Shown: one piece after another, positions 34,940 through 48,569 of the stretch | Layout: each line of letters starts with the position of its first letter | Position numbering within the stretch: the stretch's first letter is position 1 | DNA from: Macrostomum lignano | Lineage: Eukaryota | Length of the DNA stretch: 64,000 nt | Assembly (NCBI GenBank): GCA_002269645.1 | Contig: NIVC01000391.1 | Span: 310,001 to 374,000, forward strand | Direction: 5' to 3' | Notes under the pieces: model-generated | Databases searched by the model: none | Seen by the model: only the letters and a program-made list of their open reading frames with translations | Told to the model about the DNA's origin: nothing | Made by a program: the position numbers and the translations under genes

Positions 34940-36389
34940 AGCCGTTGACCAGCGCGAAGGCGGCCGGGAAGCCGACCCGCGACACCCGGTCGATGGCGCT
35001 GACGGAGTTGTGGCCGCCCTCCGCCTGCCGGCTGGCCGAGAAGGCCGCCTTGTAGGCCACGCTGCCCTGCAGACAGCCGGCCAGGTCGCGGAGGCAGCGG
35101 CGTCGGCGCCGCTGCGCCACCGTCGGCTCCGCGTCGTCGGTGGCCTGCCGCGACTCCGGAGTCGATGGCGGCGGCTCATGCCGAATCGGGCCCACAGCGA
35201 AGGAGGCCGGCTGTTGTAAGTCGGACTGCCTGATGGGGGTTCGAAATCGGGTGGCCACTGCTATTCAGTTTTGCCGCAAAGACACGGTACGGGAAGTTTT
35301 TGCACACCTGGGCATTTGCTCCAGCCGCAGCCGCGAGCCATTCTGAGTGGCGCAGATCAGGTCACGTGACTCGACTGTTCGCAGACGCGCCTGCGGTCCG
35401 TCGCCGTCCAGCACCAGGTACAGCTCCCCGGTACCCGCCTTAGTGAAGTAGTGCACCGCGGCGAACTGCAGCAGAGTGCTGAGCACGAAGGTGAAGCAGA
35501 TGGCCACGTACCAGTCTATGGCGGTGGAGTAACTCACCCGGGGCAGGTCCGCCCGGCTGTCCATGAACAGGAAGGCCATGGTGAGCACCGTTGTGATGCC
35601 CAGCGCCACCCGGTCCGCTGTCGCCTCTCGGTTCAGCCAGAAGCTCACCCTGATAGTGAGAGATCGGATGAGTTGCCTGAGGATTGGATGGGTTGCCTGA
35701 GGATTGGATGAGTTGCCTGAGGATTGGATGGGTTGCCTGAGGATTGGATGGGTTGCCTGAGGATTGGATGAGTTGCCTGAGGATTGGATGGGTTGCCTGA
35801 GGATTGGATGGGTTGCCTGAGGATTGGATGAGTTGCCTGAGGATTGGATGAGTTGCCTGAGGATTGGATGGGTTGCCTGAGGATTGGATGGGTTGCCTGA
35901 GGATTGGATGAGTTGCCTGAAGGTTGGATGGGTTGCCTGAAGGTTGGATGGGTTGTCTGAAGATTGGATGGGTTGCCTAAAGATTAGATGGGTTGCCTGA
36001 AGATTGGATGGGTTGCCTGAAGATTGGATGGGTTGTCTGAAGATTGGATGGGTTGCCTAAAGATTAGATGGGTTGCCTGAAGATTGGATGGGTTGCCTGA
36101 TGATTGGATGGGTTGCCTGAAGGTTGGATGGGTTGCCTGAAGATTGGATGGGTTGCCTGAAGGTTGGATGGGTTGCCTGATGATTTTCAATCGCAAGTGA
36201 GCAGCAGCTCAGCCATTCACACAGGCGCCAAAGGGAACTCAAAGTGCCCACTTGGGAAATCACTGGCTGGGTGGAAAGCCCTTAAAGGCTGCTGAGATCC
36301 TCAGGCCGTTTAATTGATCTGTGGAATGCGGCCGACTGCAATGGGAGACAATAAAACCCATCCTCTCTGTCTTCTCTTTTTTTCTCCTG

Positions 36390-36446
<57 letters not shown>

Positions 36447-38747
36447 ACTCTCTCTTTAACCTCTCACTTTGGAAACATTTTGACAGCTGATGGTCCAAAG
36501 GGCTGGTTGGGTCTGCCCATCTCTATTCAAGCGCCCTCAACATAGCTTCTTTCACCTTTAGAACTGGATACTATTAGGGACCTCTCTTCCCCTTCTACCT
36601 CTCGCTCTCTACCCCTCTCTCTCCCTCTCTTCCTCTTTAATTTCCTCTTTCTCCCCTCTCTCCCTCCCTCTCTCCCTGTCTCCCTCTCTACCTCTCTCCT
36701 TCCCTCTGGCCCTCTTCCTCTCTTCCCATCCCTCTCTTTCTCTCTCCTTCTCTTCCCTTTCTCCCCCTCTCTCCTCTCTGTCTCCCCTCTCTCTCCCCCT
36801 CTCTCCCCCTCTCTCTCCTCTCTCTCTCCCTCCTCTCTCCATGTCTTTTTATCTAACTCTCTTCCTTTCTCCTTCTCTCTCTCTCCCTCTCCGTCGCTTC
36901 CACTCTCCTTCTCTTCCATTTGTGCCTCTCCCTCTCCCTCTCTCTCTCCTCTCCCTGTCTCCCTCTCTACATCCCTTCTTCTCTTCCTCTCCCTCACTCA
37001 CTCTTTCTCCCTCTCCCTCTCTGCCACTCTGCTTCTCCCTCTCCTCTTCTCACTCTTTCCCTCTCTCCATCTGCTTCTCCATCTGTCTCTGATTCCTAGC
37101 TATTTTCTTCCCAATATTTTTATATTAATTTCGATTCCTCAGCCGCATGTGCCCCCCCCCCTTGTCCCGGTCCCTGTCCTCACCAGGACAGCACCACAAG
37201 CAGTGCGCAGGGCAGGTACAACTGAATAAGAAAATAGCCAACGTGCCGCTTGAGCACAAAGCTGACGCTCAGCACAGAAAAGTTGCCCAGCCTGGCCACC
37301 GGCCGGACGCTCCCGCTGGTGGACACCTTGACCAGGTCGAACTGCGACATCATCAAGTTGGCGGCGGTCTCGATGGAGCGCCTGGCGTAGCGCCAGCTGT
37401 AAGTCAGGTCCCCGCCGGCGTAGCCGTGACTTCCAATGTGCAGCGGACAGTGCTGGGTGTCCATGGGGTAGCGGTGGAAGTCCATGGGGCAGTGCGCCTG
37501 TCGGGGGGGGGGGTCGCGGAGAATACAGAGTGCAATCTCACTAAATCATTCGGCGACATCATCACGCAACCAGCGCTGACGGCAATTCTGCCCATTACGC
37601 AGACACGCACTCATGCACACGCAGGCTCACACAGGTGTACAGCTGCCCCCTGACTTTCCAATCGTCAGGCACGTACACTCTTTGTGCCTTGGGGGTTGGC
37701 CATCAAGGGCGTGAATCGTACAACAACCACCGACCCCAATATTTCGTGCGCAAGCCACAAGTTGATGAGGCCACGAAAAACGCATTTACCGTTGAGCTTC
37801 CCTGTCACCTACCTGTGGCTTATACTGTCTGTAGGATGTAGCGGCAGTCAGCTTAATTATATGGATGTTACGACGCTGCGTCCGGTCCGAGAACTTTTGT
37901 AAGCTCATATTTTCCACAAAAAATTTAATAACTAAAGCTCTAAAAGCGAGCTTAGTGCTGAATTTTATTAACCCGTGCCGATAATGGACCCGCAGACGGC
38001 GTGCCATCGCATTTAAGCCGCTTTCTATCGGATAAATTTGTTTGTAATCAACATAATATTAATAAATTAAGGTAATAAATCACAACTGCAGAGTCTCTCG
38101 GTCGTTCTCAACACAGTGACATCATCAATCATAAAAGTGTTTTCCTAAGCAGTTGCCGCTATTGCGCAATTGTCGAAAGCTTCTTACGACAAGCAAACAA
38201 AACATTTTTGACCAGTTTTTTTTGAGCCGCTCACCTTGATCGTGAGACGCATCGAGTAGAGAATCTCTCCGGCACTGGTAATTCTGATCAGCACATTGGG
38301 CGAGGTGATGTTGTGCAGGTAGGACGCGTGCCCATTGAGAAAATGGGTGTCCGGTCGCCAGATCTCGTGCAAGAATTTCTCGTTGAGCTGGAAGCTGGCA
38401 AAGCCGCTGCTGTTCTGGTTGAAGTTCAGTCGGGCGTCGCGCCACAGCTGGCGGAAATAGCAGTCCATGGAGAAGGTCATGTCCTTGTCGGAGATCGGGC
38501 CCATGCTGCGGATGTTGATGCTGATCCTCACGCTCACCGGAGGCCCGTCAATGCCGTCAGCGTCGCTGTGTTGCGGCCGCATGCTCTTGTCGTAGCTGAG
38601 CAGCAGGTTGTCGAGAATGTCGGTCACCGCGTCGGCAGTGGCGCGGCCGGCGGCGGCGGCAGAGAAGGAAGAAGCGTCCAATTGACTCAGGAGGAGCAGC
38701 AGCGCAGTCAGGAGCAGCTGGGGTTGAAGCGGCTGTTGAGGCGACAT
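34899..38747 (-). CDS. Cys-loop ligand-gated ion channel subunit, GABA-A alpha / Drosophila Grd-like
   Basis: Inferred exons 38747-38235, 37497-37184, 35649-35308 and 35229-34899 (the last intron is least certain). Signal peptide, YDKSMRP, IWRPDTHF, Cys-loop CPMDFHRYPMDTQHC, M1 YLPCALLVVLSWVSFW, M2 TADRVALGITTVLT, M3 AVHYFTKAGTGE, M4 IDRVSRVGFP. Confidence 0.92.
35668..36182. repeat. Intronic 20 bp minisatellite GGATTGGATGGGTTGCCTGA
   Basis: Direct reading. Confidence 0.95.
36385..37090. repeat. (CT)n microsatellite and polypyrimidine low-complexity tract
   Basis: Direct reading. Confidence 0.95.
37560..37725 (-). mobile_element. Fragment of the same dispersed repeat / SINE family as 21900-22222
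   Basis: Shares CAACCAGCG..CTGCCCATT and CAGGCACGTACAC..TGTGCCTT..GGCCATCAAGGGCGT with 21910-22095. No tRNA head seen. Confidence 0.45.
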
Positions 38748-39459
38748 CCTGGTGGGAACTACTGGAAATGAATTTGGGCAGATTTTGGTTGCTGAGTGCC
38801 AGGTGTCCTGCAGAATTCATGGATTTAATTTCTATCAGGAGATACTTTAATCTACAATATTTCTGAACCTCTGAAGCAGAATAAGATTGGTTCTAGAGCT
38901 GTCCGCACTTACGAGGGTTCGCAATGTCGTTTTTCGAATATCTAAAACAACCCTGACTAGCGAAAAGAGGAACTTCCAGCAGCTCATTTTAGCTGTTGCC
39001 AGCCAACTCAAGCCACCCCTCCCTCACACTGAGCTCAATTCAATATTTATTAGCTGCTCCCGAGCTCATCGCTTCGGGGCTCCCTATTGGTCAATAATGA
39101 ATGAACGAAATGCTCCCGAGGAAGCGATGAAGCGCGGAGGCTGCGCGGGCAACCGGCTTCCATGGCCAATTTGATCTGGAACGCCTAGCAAATCCAATGG
39201 TAGCGGATGAGTCGAATATTGCATTTCGCTGCTCGCAGTTTTTCTTCGCTTTTGTGGCAGGCTAGTAGAGAGGCTCAGATGAGTGAGGAGTGGTGAGAGA
39301 AATTCAGTTATGGTTATGAGCCAGAGGATGCGGGGGACGGGCCTTCAGTGGGAGTGCAAGGGCCTACTCAAGGCACGTTTCTAGGATCTACCAGCGAGGT
39401 GTCAATTTGGGCTTAAATGTATGCTTAAGATGTATGCATGGATTTACAATGGGTAGGTA

Positions 39460-40020
39460 ACAGTGACCTTGAATGGTGGCCTTTCTTTTAGCAGTGACCT
39501 TGAACAGTGGCCTTGAACAGTGACTTTAAAGGTGACCTTTAACAGTGACTTTGAAGAGTGACCTAGAACTGTGACCTTAAACAGGGACCTTGAACAGTCA
39601 CCTTGAACAGTCACATTGAACAGTGACCTTGAACTGTGACCTTGAACAGTGATCTTGAACAGTAGCCCTTAAGAGTCACCTTGAATAGTGGCCTAGAACA
39701 GTGACCTTGAACAGTGGCCTAGAAAAGTGACCTTGAACAGTGTGGCCTTGAACAGTGGCCTTTAAGAGTCACCTTGAACAGTGTGGCCTTGAACAGTGGC
39801 CTAGAACAGTCACCTTGAACAGTGTGGCCTTGAACAGTGGCCTTTAAGAGTCACCTCGAACAGTGACCTTGAACAGTGGCCTAGAACAGTGACCTTGAAC
39901 AGTGACCTTGAAAAGTGACCTTGAACAATGGCCTTGAACTGTGACCTTGAACTGTGATCTTGAACAGTGGCCTTTAAGAGTCACCTTGAATTGTGGCCTA
40001 GAACAGTGACCTTGAACAGT
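39460..40020. repeat. ~13 bp minisatellite AACAGTGACCTTG
   Basis: Direct reading. Confidence 0.9.
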
Positions 40021-40489
40021 GAATTTCCAGCCACCAGCCGATAGTTTTGCTTTCATAATCAATGTTCTAAACTTATGAAGTGACTTTTTTCTCTGTGCTG
40101 ATTCTTAAGACTTTTGTTTCCTTGATGATCATTCATCTGTCTGGAATACTCGTACAGAGCAGACCTGGATAAAAAAGTTTTGTTGAATGCTTCTTTCTAA
40201 ATCGGTAAAAAGTACTTTTTGAGTCAGCCGGCCTTCCACAGACCTGTGACAGTTGCAAAATTAAGCGACACACCTGGCTAACAAAGAAAACTTTGAGCAG
40301 CTTCTCGTCCTGCCCCACCAACCTTGATCAAGCAGAGAGATTTCTTCGGCACACACGGCGTGCTGCATCAAGGAAGCTGTGGCAAACATCTCGTTTGCTT
40401 CTCGTACTTCCCTGGCAGCTCCTTTGTGGATTCACTTTCTCTGCTTGTATTTTCCTTTCAGAGTTCATATTTTTACAGTTGTAGGCCTG

Positions 40490-41320
40490 GATTTGGTCTG
40501 CTGGATCCCGTGGTTGTGGTCTGCTGGATCCCATGGTTGTGGCCTACTTGATCCTCTGGTTGTGGTCTGCTGGATCCCATGGTTGTGGCTTACTTGATCC
40601 TCTGGTTGTGGTCTGCTGGATCCCCTGGTTGTGGCCTACTTGATCCTCTGGTTGTGGTCTGCTGGATCCCATGGTTGTGGCCTACTTGATCCTCTGGTTG
40701 TGGTCGGCTGGATCCCCTGGTTGTGGCCTACTTGATCCTCTGGTTGTGGTCGGCTGGATCCCCTGGTTGTGGCCTACTTGATCCCCTGGTTGTGGCCTAC
40801 TTGATCCCCTGGTTGTGGTCTGCTGGATCCCCTGGTTGTGGCCTACTTGATCCTCTGGTTGTGGTCGGCTGGATCCCCTGGTTGTGGCCTACTTGATCCC
40901 CTGGTTGTGGCCTACTTGATCCCCTGGTTGTGGTCTGCTGGATCCCCTGGTTGTGGCCTACTTGATCCTCTGGTTGTGGTCTGCTGGATTCCCTGGTTGT
41001 GGCCTACTTGATCCTCTAGTTGTGGCCTACTTGATCCCCTGGTTGTGGTCTACTGGATCCCCTGGTTGTGGCCTACTTGATCCCCTGGTTGTGGCCTACT
41101 TGATTCCCTGGTTGGTCTACTTGATTCCCTGGTTGGTCTACTTGATACCCTGGTTGGTCTACTTGATACCCTGGTTGGTCTACTTGATACCCTGGTTGGT
41201 CTACTTGATACCCTGGTTGGTCTACTTGATTCCCTGGTTGGTCTGCTTGATCCTCTGGTTGGTCTACTTGATACCCTGGTTGGTCTGCTTGATCCTCTGG
41301 TTGGTCTACTTGATACCCTC
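40490..41320. repeat. 21-23 bp minisatellite (TGGTTGTGGCCTACTTGATCCCC changing to TGGTTGGTCTACTTGATACCC)
   Basis: Direct reading. Confidence 0.92.
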
Positions 41321-41480
41321 TCAGTTGTGGAGAATGCGGAGCACTTCATCTGTGAATGCCCCGCTTTTACTCAGGACAGGCTCACCTACCTCGGCCCAAC
41401 CCCAAACCTCTCCGACGTTTTCAGGCCCGAGAATCTCTGCAGGCTACCTAAGGGCTGCCGGGCGAGCGGACACTGCCTGG
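41320..41480 (+). mobile_element. Small 3'-terminal remnant of a non-LTR retrotransposon ORF
   Basis: Translation ENAEHFICECPAF.QDRL.YLG resembles the C-terminal zinc-knuckle (ETxEHxLCxCPA) of LINE RT proteins. Confidence 0.55.
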
Positions 41481-41720
41481 GCGGCGACGCCTCCCCGCTG
41501 CATCCGGATGCCCGGAGACCCCTGCAGCTGAGTCAAGTAAGTCGCATCTACATGTAGTAGTCAGGCTTGCGGTTAAAGAATCAGTAAAGATCATTTTTTT
41601 CCAAAAATATGAGTGAATTGGTCCATGTTTCTTGTGTATTTACGCATCAGAGCAACTTTTAAACAGTATTTTAATACAAGAATTATTCCACTATAAATTA
41701 GGATGAGCGTGTGAGAGTTC

Positions 41721-42006
<286 letters not shown>

Positions 42007-42014
42007 CGAGTTCT

Positions 42015-45000
42015 CTAGCCAGTCTTGCAACAGGTGGTTTCCCTCTTTCGCAGCCATGCGACGCCACCGCCGCCTTTGGCGGCATCTTTAAGCGACTGCC
42101 GGCGCAGGTGGATGGCCAGGCAGTTGCCCACCGCCAGGTCCTGCTGCAGCAGCAGCACGCGGGTGAGGGCGGCCACCGCGTTGGCGACGTTCTGCCCCGT
42201 AGCTGCGCTGGCCTCGGCGAAAAGCGCACCACAGTCGCTGGACAGCTGGCGCCCCGCCTCCGACTCGACCACGGGGGCGCCACCGGCGCGGGCGGCCTCG
42301 CGTGCGTCGATCTGGAGGGGGACAGAATAAGTGAGCTAGGTAGTGTGAGGGATCCGGCTGCTTGAAGTCAGGAAGAGACTGAGCGAGTCAGGAAGAGACT
42401 GGGTGAGTCAGAAAAAGACTGGGTGAGTCAGGAAGAGACTGGGTGAGTCAGGAAGAGACTGGGTGAGTCAGGAAGAGACTGAGTGAGTCAGGAAGAGACT
42501 GAGCGAGTCAGGAAGAGACTGAGTGAGTCAGAAAAAGACTGGGTGAGTCAGGAAGAGACTGGGTGAGTCAGGAAGAGACTGAGTGAGTCAGGAGAGACTG
42601 AGCGACAGGAAGAGACTGAGTGAGTCAGAGACTCAGGAAGAGACTGAGTCGAGTCAGGAAGAGACTGGGAGTCAGGAAGAGACTGGGTGAGTCAGGAAGA
42701 GACTGGGTGAGTCAGGAAGAGACTGGGTGAGTCAGGAAGAGACTTAGATTTGGGATTCTCCGAGTAAAGACTGGGACAACCGTACAACAGATAGAGAATA
42801 ATTTCCCAACCTTATTAGCCACCAGCATGACTGGGATCTCAGAGTTGGAGCTCTCCCTGATCTCCAGCAGCCAGTCGCGCACCCCAACGAAGCTTCCCTC
42901 GTCTGTGCAGTCGTAGATCAGCAGGGCGCCGTCCGCGCGCCTGAAGTAGGACTTGGCGAGGCTGCGGAACCGCTCCTGCGCGGGTGGTGCGGGAATCGCT
43001 GATTGGCTGCTGGTTGTAAGCTACTCTTTACAGCCTGCTGTCGCTAATTATCCCCTAATCGCGTCTCACCTGCCCAGCCGTGTCCCACAGCTGTATGGCG
43101 ATCACGTGATCATCAACGGCCAGGGTTCGAGTCCGGAAGTCGACGCCCACGGTGGTCACGGTGGCCGTTGGGCAGCTGTCGTCGCAGAAGCAGCTGACGA
43201 AGCTGGTCTTGCCGACCGCCGCGTCGCCTGCGGTGACGATCTTGAACAGGCGCTCCGGCTGCCGCTCCGCGACGTCCGACGCCATGTCGAAATAGTCGGA
43301 CTCGGCGACCACCGCTGACGACGCCGACCGGGATGGCAGGCGGTGGCGGCGGCTTCTCGATGACCGACTGTGTCGGTGACGCCGCTGTCTGGTTCGTCTG
43401 GCCGGTGGCGCGGCCGCTGCCAGCTCGTCCGCTAGCGGAATGCCGCCGCCCTGCTTCCGCCGCTGCTCAACGTCGGTGTCGAAGTCACTGCTGCTGCCGC
43501 TGCAGTCGTCGCTTGGCGAGCAGGCGGATGAGGTCTCCGAGGAGGACAGCGGAGGCAGCGACTGCTGGTTGGCGTTTAGCTGCCACCTCACCGGCCGGGG
43601 ATGTCCAGTCATCGATGTCCTTGAGGGTTCGGTTGGAATGTCTCTGCACTCTGCACCCACATCCCCACACTGATTCTGTGCGCATGTGCTCAACGCATTA
43701 CACTTCTGTACACCCCATCAGAGCTCCCAGCAAGTCCTCACCCCTCCCACTCGATGTCCTCTTCGTCCACATCGACTTCCAGAACTTCGCCGCCGTCGAG
43801 TTCCGCCGCCGCGAGGTCGCCAGACACGTCCGACAGGGTCGCCGACTTCCTTAGCGATGTCGAAGACGTCTCCGATGTCCCCGACGCCTGACGGAGCTGC
43901 CTCCGCGTCCGTCGCCGGAGCCTGCCACCGCAGAACAGCGCCCGACGCAGCTCCTCGTTGGCCTCCCGGAGCCGCACGTTCAGTGCGCGCATCTCAGAGA
44001 GCCGGCTGTCCAGCTCCTGGCGCCGCTCCGCCTCCTCCGCCACTTGGCGCCGATGCGATCTCAGCGCTGCATCGCCGGCGTCGCCTCGGCGCTGAGCCCG
44101 CGACAGCCGGGCTTGACAGGCTTCCAGCTCCACCTCCAGCTGCTGCGTCTCCTGCGCCAGGCGCTCGGCGTCCAACTTCGCCGAGGCAACCGCCTGCTGA
44201 GCTGCCGCTGCTGCCGCGTTGGATGCCGACCCGACCGAGGAGCTCTGGCGCAGCTCCGACATTCGCGCCTGCGACAGGTGGGGTGTGGTAGATGGGGTGG
44301 CAGATGAAGTGGCAGATGAGGTGGCAGATGGGGTGGCAGATGAAGTGGCAGATGAGGTGGCAGATGGGGTGGCAGATGAGGTGGCAGATGGGGTGGCAGA
44401 TGGGGTGGCAGATCCCAGAGCACCTGCAGCCTGGCGACCTCCTCCTGCTGGCGCGCCTCCAGCTGCTGGAACTCTGCCTGCAGCCGCTGCCGCTCCTTGG
44501 CCCGCGCCTGCCGCTCAAAGCCGGCCAGCTGGCGCTCCATCTCCTCCTGCAGCTGGCGGGTGCGCTGCTGGGCCAGCTCCCTGCTGCGCCTCAGGCTCGT
44601 CTCCAGCTCCTCGCGCTCACGGCGCTGCCGGGCCAGCTCTGTGGCAACCGTTGCTATGACGCCCTAAGCAGAGTTTATGATGCGGAAGTGGAACGGTTGA
44701 GCGACATTCAGAGCGACTCTCGTTTAGCAATAATTAGCGACACTCATTCAGCGACACTCATTCAGTGACACCAATTCAGCGACACTCATTCAGCGACACT
44801 CATTCAGTGACACTCATTCAGTGACACTCATTCAGCGACACTCATTCAGCGACACTCATTCAGCGACACTCATTCAGCGACACTCATTCAGCGACACTCA
44901 TTCAGTGACACTCATTCAGCGACACTCATTCAGTGACACTCATTCAGCGACACTCATTCAGCGACACTCATTCAGCGACACTCATTCAGCGACACTCATT

Positions 45001-45869
45001 CAGCGACACTCATTCAGTGACACCAATTCAGCGACACTCATTCAGCGACACTCATTCAGCGACACTCATTCAGCGACACTCATTCAGCGACACTCATTCA
45101 GCGACACTCATTCAGCGACACTCATTCAGTGACACCAATTCAGCGACACTCATTCAGCGACACTCATTCAGCGACACTCATTCAGTGACACTCATTCAGC
45201 GACACTCATTCAGCGACACTCATTCAGCGACATTCATTCAGCGACACTCATTCAGCGACACTCATTCAGCGACACTCATTCAGCGACACTCATTCAGTGA
45301 CACTCATTCAGCGACACTCATTCAGCGACACTCATTCAGCGACACTCATTCAGCGACACTCATTCAGCGACACTCATTCAGCGACACTCATTCAGCGACA
45401 CTCATTCAGTGACACTCATTCAGCGACACTCATTCAGCGACACTCATTCAGCGACACTCATTCAGCGACACTCAGTTATCGCACTCACCTGGAAGGAGTC
45501 GGCCAGCTGCGGATATTTCTCAGCCAGCAGCCGCTGCATCTTCTGAACCTCTTCGCTGCAAGGCAGCTTCTCGGCGCCGTCGATGGTGGGCAGCTTGTCT
45601 GCCTCGGCCTGCTCACTCTGGTCATCTTCCGGCTCATCATCGGCCGCCTGGCAGCTGATGGCCGTCAGCGCCAGCTGGAAGTCGTCAAGGTTGATCCTGC
45701 CATCCATGTCGGTGTCAAGTCGGCGGAAGACCTCCTCGACCAGCTGCTGCTGCTGGCCGCAGCAGGCGCGCATGTCGCTGAGGGTGACGAAGCCGGTGCC
45801 CTGCGGATCCAGCAGGTTGAACAGCGAGGCGGCTCGCTGCCTGAGGCCTTGGATTGGCGAGGTGGACAT
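42015..45869 (-). CDS. RASEF: Large Rab GTPase with EF-hands and coiled coil (RASEF/Rab45; CRACR2A/RAB44 family)
   Basis: Inferred exons 45869-45489 (two EF-hand-like loops DPQGTGFVT and DTDMDGRIN), 44663-44424, 44268-43742 (coiled coil), 43643-43070 ([25 protein letters not shown]), 42975-42811 ([19 protein letters not shown]) and 42311-42015 (EASA, C-terminal CCKTG*). All GT-AG and phase-consistent. Exact paralogue assignment is uncertain. Confidence 0.88.
42365..42745. repeat. Intronic 20 bp minisatellite GAGTCAGGAAGAGACTGGGT
   Basis: Direct reading. Confidence 0.92.
44280..44412. repeat. Intronic 12 bp minisatellite GTGGCAGATG(A/G)(A/G)
   Basis: Fills almost the whole 155 bp intron 44269-44423. 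Confidence 0.9.
44735..45475. repeat. Intronic 14 bp minisatellite CAGCGACACTCATT
   Basis: Direct reading. Confidence 0.97.
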
Positions 45870-46544
45870 TTTGCAGTGAGACCGGCGGCAAGTCCTGCAG
45901 CAAAGCTTAACTGTGCGCTCAGGAAGAGCTTCTCAAATGCCTTTTCAGTTGAAATTGGTTGAGCGCGCGGCCGCGACTGATCGATCGATCATTGAAGGCT
46001 CAGCTCGGGAGATCGGGGGGTGGGGGGGGGGCTGTTCATGCGGGCGGCGAAACAGTGCGAGCCAATTTTGGCCATGGCTATCTTTTGCCTGAAGCAGCTC
46101 AGCTAAAGCTCACTGTTTATAGCATTGTCGGTATCTGAGCAGCCAAGCTCTGGGGAGACAAGCACAGTTGCCAAGTGACTAAACTCAAGTCTTTACTTTC
46201 GAAAATGTTTGACCTCACTAATACCGGATTATAATTTAGTCAGAGATTTGTTATGTACATACACTATTGGGACTGCCCAATGACTGCCCAATGACTGCTC
46301 AATGACTGATCAATAACTGCTCAATGACTGATCAATGACTGCTCAATGACTGCTTGATGACCGCTCAATGACTGATCCATGACTGATCAATGTTTACTCA
46401 GTCTTGCTTTTGTATCTCTTTGTACATCTTTAAATTTCTTCAAAGTCTAAAGCCGGAAACCTGAAACGCTCTTAAAACAACTAAATGAAACAGATGTAGC
46501 AAAGCTCTATAGATGGCAGGAGCTCAAACTTTGACAGATGGCAA

Positions 46545-47425
46545 GAGACAGGGACGCCCAACAAGAGACAGGGACGCCCAACAAGAGACAGGGACGCCCA
46601 ACAAGAGACAGGGACGCCCAACAAGAGACAGGGGCGCCCAACAAGAGACAGGGACGCCCAACAAGAGACAGGGGCGCCCAACAAGAGACAGTGACGCCCA
46701 ACAAGAGACAGGGGCGCCCAACAAGAGACAGTGACGCCCAACAAGAGACAGTGACGCCCAACAAGAGACAGTGACGCCCAAAAAGTGATAGTGACGCCCA
46801 ACAAGAGACAGTGACGCCCAAAAAGTGATAGTGACGCCCAACAAGAGACAGTGACGCCCAACAAGAGACAGGGGCGCCTAACAAGAGACAGGGGCGCCCA
46901 ACAAGTGATAGTGGCGCCCAACAAGAGACAGGGGCGCCCAACAAGAGACAGGGGCGCCCAACAAGTGATAGTGGCGCCCAACAAGAGACAGGGGCGCCTA
47001 ACAAGAGACAGGGGCGCCCAACAAGAGACAGGGGCGCCTAACAAGAGACAGGGGCGCCCAACAAGAGACAGGGGCGCCTAACAAGAGACAGTGACGCCCA
47101 ACAAGAAACAGTGACGCCCAAAAAGAGACAGGGGCGCCCAACAAGAGACAGGGGCGCCCAACAAGAGACAGGGGCGCCCAACAAGAGACAGTGACGCCCA
47201 ACAAGAGACAGGGGCGCCCAACAAGAGACAGTGACGCCCAACAAGAGACAGTGACGCCCAACAAGAGACAGTGACGCCCAAAAAGTGATAGTGACGCCCA
47301 ACAAGAGACAGTGACGCCCAAAAAGTGATAGTGACGCCCAACAAGAGACAGGGGCGCCCAACAAGAGACAGGGGCGCCCAACAAGAGACAGGGGCGCCCA
47401 ACAAGAGACAGGGGCGCCCAAAAAG
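46545..47425. repeat. 20 bp minisatellite ACAAGAGACAGGGGCGCCCA
   Basis: Direct reading. Confidence 0.97.
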
Positions 47426-47849
47426 ACAGCAAACATTGGCGCGCTAAGGGTAGCGGACCCTTCAATCAAAATTCCACTGCTACTCACAGTGAATGTATCT
47501 TTAAATAATAAATACTGTTTAAAGTAAGTATATACATATAGGAACATGTCAAAGCTACATGTAATCACATATGCTGAAACTGACATAGACTGATGGCTGT
47601 AATTTACTTTTAATCTAATTGAAGCACACAGCACCAGCATATATACTCGTATCAGTAGTTGCAATAAAAATCATTGAACCTAAAACAGTAGCCATGACAT
47701 ATACAGGTCGTTTGATACCTGTCTCAATAATAAGTCCGGAAAAAAGTCTTTTATTTTGAATGATGTGTAACGCTGCAAGTGCAAATTTCTAATTCAAATA
47801 AGCAGTTAGGATTCTCGTTGAACTCGAGCGTGCAAGACTAGCGACGGTT

Positions 47850-48265
47850 TCAGGGTGTGGGATCTTAGTCCTGCAGGGTTTGAGGGTGTGGGATCTCTAG
47901 TCCTGCACGGTTTGAGGGTGTGGGATCTCTAGTCCTGCACGGTTTGAGGGTGTGGGATCTCTAGTCCTGCAGGGTTTGAGGGTGTGGGATCTCTAGTCCT
48001 GCACGGTTTGAGGGTGTGGGATCTCTAGTCCTGCACGGTTTGAGGGTGTGGGATCTCTAGTCCTTGCACGGTTTGAGGGTGTGGGATCTCTAGTCCTTGC
48101 ACGGTTTGAGGGTGTGGGATCTCTAGTCCTGCACGATTTGAGGGTGTGGGATCTCTAGTCCTTGCACGGTTTGAGGGTGTGGGATCTCTAGTCCTGCACG
48201 GTTTGAGGGTGTGGGATCTCTAGTCCTTGCACGGTTTGAGGGTGTGGGATCTCTAGTCCTGCACG
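47850..48265. repeat. 32 bp minisatellite CACGGTTTGAGGGTGTGGGATCTCTAGTCCTG
   Basis: Direct reading. Confidence 0.95.
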
Positions 48266-48569
48266 CAGAGTCAACCGAGAATGTAGAATTCACACAGAAT
48301 TGAGACACTTTCAAAGTTTTAATACGGAAATACTGAACAGTTGAAGGAGCCGCAGTAAATATTTTTGTTAAAAATCTAACAGAGCACTTTGAAAGAGACA
48401 AGTTAATCATCTCAGACGGGACCAAAACAAGAGGCGTTCTCAAAGAGTTCAAAAGCTATGCTCATTCAGTTTGCTTAGACATTAGACAGTTTGCATTTAA
48501 AATATAACAATAATTCATTACACCTGCCCTAATGGGCAGATATTCAACCGACAGCTCAGCCGCAGCGAT

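Noticed and set aside
35258-35307. 50 nt intron (GTGTGC...AATAGCAG) or a frameshift in the channel gene
   Set aside because: That acceptor gives the wrong phase and a premature stop. The acceptor at 35230 restores the frame without invoking a frameshift.
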